Virus record (IMG/VR): IMGVR_UViG_3300031787_000018
Location: 112,426 to 132,425 of that record
Reading direction: 5' to 3' (one strand)
DNA: 20,000 nucleotides
Origin: an uncultured virus (IMG/VR IMGVR_UViG_3300031787_000018)
Taxonomy: Duplodnaviria; Heunggongvirae; Uroviricota; Caudoviricetes
This document shows positions 9,529-15,317 of this stretch, one piece after another. Below the pieces are notes generated by a model. It saw nothing but the letters and a program-made list of their open reading frames with translations, did no database searches and was not told the DNA's origin. Numbering within the stretch: position 1 is the stretch's first letter; every line of letters begins with the position of its first letter. The translations under genes and the position numbers were made by a program.

Positions 9529-9560
9529 CAAATATAAGTTATACTTTCAATAAATACAAA
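9529..9560 (-). promoter_or_regulatory. Bacteroidota-type housekeeping promoter (-33 TTTG / -7 TAnnTTTG)
   Basis: Minus strand: TTTG (9560-9557), 20-nt spacer, TATATTTG (9536-9529), 19 nt before ATG 9509. Confidence 0.75.
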
Positions 9561-9574
9561 TTTTTTGTTTAAAA

Positions 9575-10507
9575 TTAATCTTCCACGTCGATTAGTTCGT
9601 CATTATCAACAGGATTAGTTTCAACCAAGGTTTCTTTAATTTTGGTTTCCTCATTTTCTTGATTTTCTTGAGCTTGTTTCAATAAATTTTCCAAAAGTTT
9701 ATCATTTTCGGTTTGAAAACTATCCATTTCTTTTTGGATTTGAATGGCTCTTTCAAGTTCGTTAAATTTTTTGGAATCGTAATTAAGTTCACCAGTTTCT
9801 TTGTCTAAAACCATGTATAATTTTTTACGAATATCACCTCTACGATTTTTAACATAAACTAAATAACGTTGACCTGTAATTTCGTCAATACGAACATACA
9901 TCATTGCGGTTGTGTTATGTTTTAACTTGGTAGAACCCGCATATTCACCACCTTTTGTAATATGCTGGATAACGTCAAATGCTGTATATTTTTTTGATTG
10001 ATTTTCACCCTTAGTGTGTTTAACCAATAAATTAATTAACCAAGTTTCAACAGAAGACGCTGTTAATTTGTTTTGACTATCTTTAATTTTGTCTTTTACA
10101 TCCATAAAGGAGTCAATTAAAACATAATCCCAACCCATATCTAAAGCTTCTTCAACAGCTTTTTTTGGATTTTCATAGTCAGCCAAATAAAGTGTATTTA
10201 AATTCATTAATTGAGGTAAATCTTCAGCCAATTCACGGTTATCAATTGGGTTCATTTCAGAAGAAATATATAAACAAGTCCTACCTGGATTATATTTTTC
10301 AATTCCTGACATTTTATCAACTAATAATGTGGTTTTACCCGAACCAGGTTCACCTACAACTACTGTAATAGTGGCAGGCATTGTACCACCCTTCTTAGAT
10401 ATAATATTATCCACAAATTTACCACATTTTAAAGGTATAAACACTTCAGGCGGAAAATTAAAATCCGTTAATTTTACAATTTGTACTTTTTGTTCAGACT
10501 TTGCCAT
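9575..10507 (-). CDS. RadA/Sms-like RecA-fold ATPase (ATPase domain only)
   Basis: Walker A GEPGSGKT, LYISSE, Walker B VLIDS, HITKGGEYAG..LKH and KNRRG (RadA KNRxG-like); no N-terminal Zn finger or Lon-like C-domain; acidic tail. Confidence 0.75.
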   Translation of the reverse strand: MAKSEQKVQIVKLTDFNFPPEVFIPLKCGKFVDNIISKKGGTMPATITVVVGEPGSGKTTLLVDKMSGIEKYNPGRTCLYISSEMNPIDNRELAEDLPQLMNLNTLYLADYENPKKAVEEALDMGWDYVLIDSFMDVKDKIKDSQNKLTASSVETWLINLLVKHTKGENQSKKYTAFDVIQHITKGGEYAGSTKLKHNTTAMMYVRIDEITGQRYLVYVKNRRGDIRKKLYMVLDKETGELNYDSKKFNELERAIQIQKEMDSFQTENDKLLENLLKQAQENQENEETKIKETLVETNPVDNDELIDVED

Positions 10508-10537
10508 ACAATTTTGTTTAGTTTTTAATTATGATTA

Positions 10538-10569
10538 CAAATATATAACATTTAGATTAATTACACAAA
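10538..10569 (-). promoter_or_regulatory. Bacteroidota-type housekeeping promoter (-33 TTTG / -7 TAnnTTTG)
   Basis: Minus strand: TTTG (10569-10566), 20-nt spacer, TATATTTG (10545-10538), upstream of ATG 10507. Confidence 0.75.
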
Positions 10570-10576
10570 TTTATTT

Positions 10577-10816
10577 ATGGAAAATAAAGAAATGGTAAAT
10601 CACCCGCAACATTATGGTGGTAAAGATAATAAATATGAGGCAATTAAAGTAATAGACGCGTGGGGTTTGGGGTTTTCTTTAGGAAATACCGTAAAATACA
10701 TATCTAGAGCAGGTAAAAAGAACCAAGAAAAGGAGTTAGAAGACCTTAAAAAGGCATTATGGTACTTAAATCACCATATCCAAACATTAGAGAGTAAACT
10801 GAAAGAAAATTCGTGA
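10577..10816 (+). CDS. DUF3310 (SaV-like) phage protein
   Basis: VNHPQHY...GFSLGNTVKYISRAGKK...EDLKKALWYL signature. Confidence 0.88.
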   Translation: MENKEMVNHPQHYGGKDNKYEAIKVIDAWGLGFSLGNTVKYISRAGKKNQEKELEDLKKALWYLNHHIQTLESKLKENS

Positions 10817-10819
10817 TAT

Positions 10820-12505
10820 TTAATCACCCCACACCCATTTTTTATTACCACAATCCCAAATAATGTTGTAACCACGTTCATACATTATTTGTTTTTCAGT
10901 CTTATTCGGATCATAACCATCTTTAATTAATTTATCTTTCCTAAAATTATATCTGTGCATTCTAACCAAGTCTTTGAAATACCAATAATTTAATTCGGTA
11001 TTTTTTAAAAATTTAAAGCCCAATTTTTCATATAAACCACCATCAAAATACCTGTTATCGGAATAAGATACGACATTTTTTGGTTTATAATTTTGTATGA
11101 AATGTCCGAACAATTTTGAAGCCCCACCAACTATTTTTGTGTTTAATTTATTACAAAATCTTAACATCTCATATTCATAATTGTTGTTACCCACACCTGA
11201 ACGATTACCGAATGTCATAACAGAAACCAATTCGTCTTTATAATATAAACCCAAATTTATAGACGCGTTAACAGACCCTTGAATGTGGTTATTACCCAAA
11301 AATTTCGATGATTCTTTATTGGTTATTGTTTTTATAACACACTTTCTTGCGAATATATTGGTATCGAATATGTTTAAATTAGCTTTTATAATAGATAATA
11401 CAATATCTTTTTTAAATAACCACTCATCTTCAAAAATATGTAATAGTTTAATATTTTTATCTTTACATAATAACGTCTTATTTATGTGATATGTTTTACT
11501 TTTATTTATTTCACTATGCCAATACAATCCATCATATTCTATGGCTAAATTTTTCTGCGGTATGAAAATATCCAATTCACAACCACCGAGTATCTTTTTA
11601 TTATTAATCTCAACTAACATCCCAGTCAAATTCTCTATATAACTAACAATATCTCTATGTGGTTTGGTGTAGTTTGATCCGTTAAGTGGGAAACAATTGA
11701 TGCATATTTCATACCCCAACCTATTTCTTTGATTAAATAAATAATTGTCTATTTTAAAAATTTTGTCACATTTATCACATTTTAATGTTAATACTTTATT
11801 TTCGTAATCAATAAAAGTATACCCACTGAAATTATTTAATTTATCTATTATTTTGTTTTTAAAAATCACATTTTTAAACTCTTCACTTTGTGAGTAGTTC
11901 TCTACATTAAATTTTGTTAAATTAGTTTTTTTAGATTTTTCTTTAACTTCTTCTAACTGAAAAGGGTTTGATACGCCGTATTTTTTAATAAGATTCTCTT
12001 TTCTTAAATTCTTTATATCGTCAGAATACCAATGGTGGGTAAAACCGTATCTTTCTAAATTAGTTTTTTTTACTTTATTTTTTATTTCATCATTATGTAA
12101 ACTACATGTTACACCATACTTTTCTAAATTAGTTTTTTTTACTTTATTTTTTATTTCATCATTTCTTAAAGGACTTGTTACACCATATTTTTTTACATTA
12201 GTTTCCTTTATTTTATTTTTAGTATTTTGGTTATTTACACCACATTTTATAGAACAGTTTTTATTATAACCCTTTTTTAGTGAGATAAATTTCACATCAT
12301 TTACCCCACAAACCTCACATTTAGGTGGTTTGTTAGTATTATTTATATATAAATAAATTTTCTCTTTAAAAGTTAAGCTGTCTTCTTTATTGAAGTTTAT
12401 TATTTTTGAGTATAAATCGTAGTTATTGTCCCGTAACCAACTTTCTCTAACCCTAAGACCGTTATTATTTTCAGTAAAATAATCCAGTAAATTTATATTA
12501 TCCAT
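10820..12505 (-). CDS. free-standing Hef-like putative homing endonuclease (Zn ribbons + TNLEKYG repeats + Vsr/DUF559-like nuclease + GNAT/Mom-like C-domain)
   Basis: CEVC..CSIKC and CDKC..CINC; KKTNLEKYG repeats; ELDIFIP..LAIEYDGLYWH..LLHIFEDEW; then FARKC..NHIQG..LRFC..GGASKL..SYSD..LYEKLGF. ATG 12505 preferred over TTG 12526 because ATATTTAT lies on the minus strand at 12533-12526. Confidence 0.75.
   Translation of the reverse strand: MDNINLLDYFTENNNGLRVRESWLRDNNYDLYSKIINFNKEDSLTFKEKIYLYINNTNKPPKCEVCGVNDVKFISLKKGYNKNCSIKCGVNNQNTKNKIKETNVKKYGVTSPLRNDEIKNKVKKTNLEKYGVTCSLHNDEIKNKVKKTNLERYGFTHHWYSDDIKNLRKENLIKKYGVSNPFQLEEVKEKSKKTNLTKFNVENYSQSEEFKNVIFKNKIIDKLNNFSGYTFIDYENKVLTLKCDKCDKIFKIDNYLFNQRNRLGYEICINCFPLNGSNYTKPHRDIVSYIENLTGMLVEINNKKILGGCELDIFIPQKNLAIEYDGLYWHSEINKSKTYHINKTLLCKDKNIKLLHIFEDEWLFKKDIVLSIIKANLNIFDTNIFARKCVIKTITNKESSKFLGNNHIQGSVNASINLGLYYKDELVSVMTFGNRSGVGNNNYEYEMLRFCNKLNTKIVGGASKLFGHFIQNYKPKNVVSYSDNRYFDGGLYEKLGFKFLKNTELNYWYFKDLVRMHRYNFRKDKLIKDGYDPNKTEKQIMYERGYNIIWDCGNKKWVWGD
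12052..12163 (-). repeat. 69-bp-period coding repeat (23-aa unit containing NDEIKNKVKKTNLE(K/R)YG)
   Basis: Identical 43-mer TTTCTAAATTAGTTTTTTTTACTTTATTTTTTATTTCATCATT at 12052 and 12121; more diverged units flank them. Confidence 0.9.
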
Positions 12506-12555
12506 ATTGTATGACTTATTTATCAATAAATATATTCATTTTTAGCCAAAGTCAA

Positions 12556-12563
12556 ATATTTAT
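12556..12563 (+). promoter_or_regulatory. ATATTTAT motif upstream of the likely true DHH start
   Basis: 17 nt upstream of ATG 12581, supporting that start rather than TTG 12694. Confidence 0.5.
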
Positions 12564-12580
12564 TTAAAAAAGTGTAAATA

Positions 12581-14016
12581 ATGATAATATCAGAAAAAAT
12601 ATTTGAAAAGATCCTGATAGAAAGTGGAATACGTAATATACGTAATTTGTCTTATAGATACGATAAGGCAAAAATCTACTTTCATCAGGATCTTTGAGGG
12701 AACTTGATGGTGTTACAACGGCTATAGCTATGAAAAAATACCTAGAAGATAACGGTATTAAGGTTGTAGAGTGTGAAGTGATACAATACGGTGACCAAGA
12801 ATTTTCCATTAAAAAACCAATGGCAAGAGGTGATATCATGCCAGTTTTAGTTGACTTCGCTCACGGTAAACCGATGTTTGTTATACATACAGATCATCAC
12901 GATAAGCAAGTAGGTGCTGAAGCTGGAGCTTCCAAATCATTTAGACACTCTAGGTCCAACGTCGAGACAATTTCTCAAATAATATCAACTAAAGAATTAT
13001 TCCCTAGTTTTGATATTAATATGATTTCCACTATAGATAGTGCTAATTACGCTAAAATGGGTATATCTCCTGAACAGGTGATGAATTATGTATTTGGGTT
13101 AGATAAAGAGAAAAGTTTAGAGGATAACAAAAAGGCTATGGCTCTTGTTTGTAATAAACTTTTGTTGGCTTATAAAAACAAACCAAGATTTTTAGAAAGA
13201 TTGGTTATGGAATCTAGTCCATCATTGTTAAACATATACCAAAACATAGTTAGAATGGCTAAAGAAGAGGGTTATTCCTCACCAGAGGTTATGTCACAAT
13301 ATTCTAAAGAATATGGTGAAACTATGAAGAATAGTGAAAATGTGAAATATGATGAAAAAACAGGTATTATTTCACAATATGGTGGTGGTTCTATGATTAA
13401 ACCCGGATCTTATGACAGATACGTACCTTTTAAAAACTTTCCTGACGCTAACTTCTTAATTATAGCTTGGCCTTTAGGTTTACTACAGGCATCATGTAAC
13501 CCATTTAAACCTGAAAGGTCTATAAAGGGTATAAATTTGGGTGAAATAGCACAGGAAGTATTAAAAAAACACGAACAGGAGTTAAAAAACACAATAATAA
13601 GTGTAGACACTTTAAAATACTTCGCCGAAAAACACAAATCTTTTTCAGAGGAGAGTGTTGGTTTTACATTTAAAGATTTAATGTCACTATATGGTGATAT
13701 TGGTGAAGGTGTTAGGGGTTTAAACACAATTCCAGAAGGTGCCGCACCTGATTATACGGTTGAAAGATGGCAAAACGCTATAAAAAATGTGATGGACAAA
13801 CATTACTCAACTTTGGGTGAAAGAGAAATTAAGGCATTAAAAATGTTGTCTATAACTGGTTGGGATATTATCCAAGCAAACAGTGGGGGACACAAATGTA
13901 TAACTAACATATCGGGGTTAATGTATTTCGGCAAGGATGGTGTTCTTTGGCTTAAAAAATTACAATCCGAATTTATTGAAGAATTAAAAAACTTAATATT
14001 ACAAAATGAAAACTAA
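12581..14016 (+). CDS. DHH-family phosphoesterase in two frames (12581..12694 joined to 12706..14016, 474 aa if the 11-nt gap is skipped)
   Basis: Segment 1 ends KAKIYFHQDL-TGA; segment 2 resumes DGVTTAIAMK, rebuilding motif I (HxDxDG). Downstream are VLVDFAH, HTDHH, TIDSA and C-terminal SGGH (DHHA1), with no other disruption. Confidence 0.85.
12692..12705 (+). other. candidate translational bypass site: take-off CTT (12692-12694), stop TGA (12695-12697), matched landing CTT (12703-12705)
   Basis: CAT CAG GAT CTT tgagggaa CTT GAT GGT; removing 11 nt restores HQDLDG exactly. Confidence 0.65.
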
Positions 14017-14254
14017 ATTAAAACAAATTTTACTACAAATATTCACAACCAAAGTTGGTTGGTTAGGATTTTCTATGTTTTGTGCCATATTATTTGGTAC
14101 AATAGCGGAAGATTATGAATGGGCACAAATACCTTTTATTTTATCTTGGATTTGGCCGGTTCTTTATACTTTAATTGGTATCACATATGCTTGGATTATA
14201 AACCCAATTAGACAATACAAAGAAACTAAAAAATTAAAACAAAATAAAAAATGA
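14006..14254 (+). CDS. small membrane protein (2 predicted TM helices, basic C-terminus)
   Basis: Hydrophobic stretches VGWLGFSMFCAILFGTIA and IPFILSWIWPVLYTLIGITYAWII; overlaps both neighbours. Confidence 0.75.
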   Translation: MKTKLKQILLQIFTTKVGWLGFSMFCAILFGTIAEDYEWAQIPFILSWIWPVLYTLIGITYAWIINPIRQYKETKKLKQNKK

Positions 14255-14664
14255 TTTATTTTTCATTGGTTTTTATAATATTAGCATCTATTTGTAATGC
14301 GGTTATGGATAAATCTACCCACCATTACCATACTTCAATTTTTAAAAAATTTAATAATGAGATGTGGTGGAATGGTGAAATATCTTGGAAAAATAAATAT
14401 GTTGATGGTGACTATTCTAAAGGTAGGGTTAAATGGTTTTTTGGTTTAAACAAACCTGTACAATTAACAGACGCTTTTCATTTTTTCAAAATGTGGATGG
14501 TTATATTTATCTGTTTAAGTATTATAACATTCGATAAATGTTTGGTTTTTGTGGACTGTAGTTATCGTTGGTACAGTTTTTTAATAGTATTGGGTGTGTA
14601 CGGTACTTTATGGAATACAACATTTTCTTTATTTTACAATAAAATATTGGATCAATCCAAATAA
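14251..14664 (+). CDS. hypothetical membrane protein
   Basis: 137 aa, ATGA-coupled to the previous gene; hydrophobic segments; SWKNKY and LTDAFHFFK motifs. Confidence 0.75.
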   Translation: MIYFSLVFIILASICNAVMDKSTHHYHTSIFKKFNNEMWWNGEISWKNKYVDGDYSKGRVKWFFGLNKPVQLTDAFHFFKMWMVIFICLSIITFDKCLVFVDCSYRWYSFLIVLGVYGTLWNTTFSLFYNKILDQSK

Positions 14665-15245
14665 TTATCGATATTATCTCTAATTTTCTTTAAATCCTTT
14701 AAGTAATCAACATTAGCTGGGTGATCCACATCATAGTAGTTCATCTCCTTCAAGAAGTTTAGATACTCTTGTTCAGTTTTTAACTTACTCAGACCAACAA
14801 AGGATTGGTACATAGCGTAATCTATCACAGCATCCTTCCATGTATTATAATAAGCATGATTAAACTGTGAACCGTTTTGTTTGTTAGGTCTTTTGGACGC
14901 CTCTTTCATACCAAAAGGGTTATGGTTAAGTTTAAAAATATGTGATTTTAAACCACTTTCTTTTATCGCTTGAGCGAATACCAATTCAGGAAATCTAATA
15001 TTAACTTCTTTTAAGTAATCATAAAATTTTCTTTTTGTAAAAGAAGAATTTTCGGTTTCATTATAAATCATAATAATATCTTTTTCCATTATTTCTGATT
15101 TAATGCCTTTATTAAAACCGTAATTATACACTAAAATGGTAAAAGTTGTAATTAAAATTGTTAGAAAAAATATAATTTTAATACTTAAATTCCTACTCAA
15201 AACTGAATAAGAAAGAGATTTTTTATCCCAAAAATAAACTTTCAT
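14652..15245 (-). CDS. glucosaminidase/FlgJ-like (GH73-type) peptidoglycan hydrolase with N-terminal TM segment
   Basis: FAQAIKESG (catalytic Glu), NHNPFGMK, HAYYNTWKDAVIDY; N-terminal IIFFLTILITTFTILVY. Confidence 0.7.
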   Translation of the reverse strand: MKVYFWDKKSLSYSVLSRNLSIKIIFFLTILITTFTILVYNYGFNKGIKSEIMEKDIIMIYNETENSSFTKRKFYDYLKEVNIRFPELVFAQAIKESGLKSHIFKLNHNPFGMKEASKRPNKQNGSQFNHAYYNTWKDAVIDYAMYQSFVGLSKLKTEQEYLNFLKEMNYYDVDHPANVDYLKDLKKIRDNIDNYLD

Positions 15246-15287
15246 ATTATTAATAATTTATATAAAAATAAACATTTTATTTTAAAT

Positions 15288-15314
15288 AAAAAACCCCTCG
15301 ATAAGAGGGGTTTT
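15288..15314 (-). terminator. intrinsic terminator downstream of clpC
   Basis: AAAACCCCTC-GATAA-GAGGGGTTTT hairpin (15290-15314), ending in a T6 tract on the minus strand, 3 nt after the clpC stop. Confidence 0.88.
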
Positions 15315-15317
15315 AAA

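Noticed and set aside
8797..11489. Plus-strand ORFs 8797..8985, 10165..10368, 10329..10598 and 11283..11489
   Set aside because: Antisense shadows of well-supported minus-strand genes.
12052..12163. CRISPR-like repeat-spacer pattern
   Set aside because: Only two identical units, with a 69-bp in-frame period inside a CDS; it is a protein repeat and no cas genes are present.
12694..12696. TTG start for the DHH gene as given in the ORF track
   Set aside because: It would drop the first strand and the first Asp of motif I (IYFHQD), which are encoded immediately upstream in another frame.
12692..12707. prfB-like +1 frameshift at CTT TGA
   Set aside because: The +1 frame reads GAG GGA ACT TGA and stops after three codons. 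The DHH body is in the -1/+2 frame, and the prfB-type spaced internal Shine-Dalgarno is absent.
12695..12727. TGA readthrough or alternative genetic code
   Set aside because: Readthrough continues GNLMVLQRL to TAG and never enters the DHH frame. TGA and TAG serve as ordinary stops elsewhere (751, 10816, 14254, 14652, 18643), and long genes are intact in code 11.
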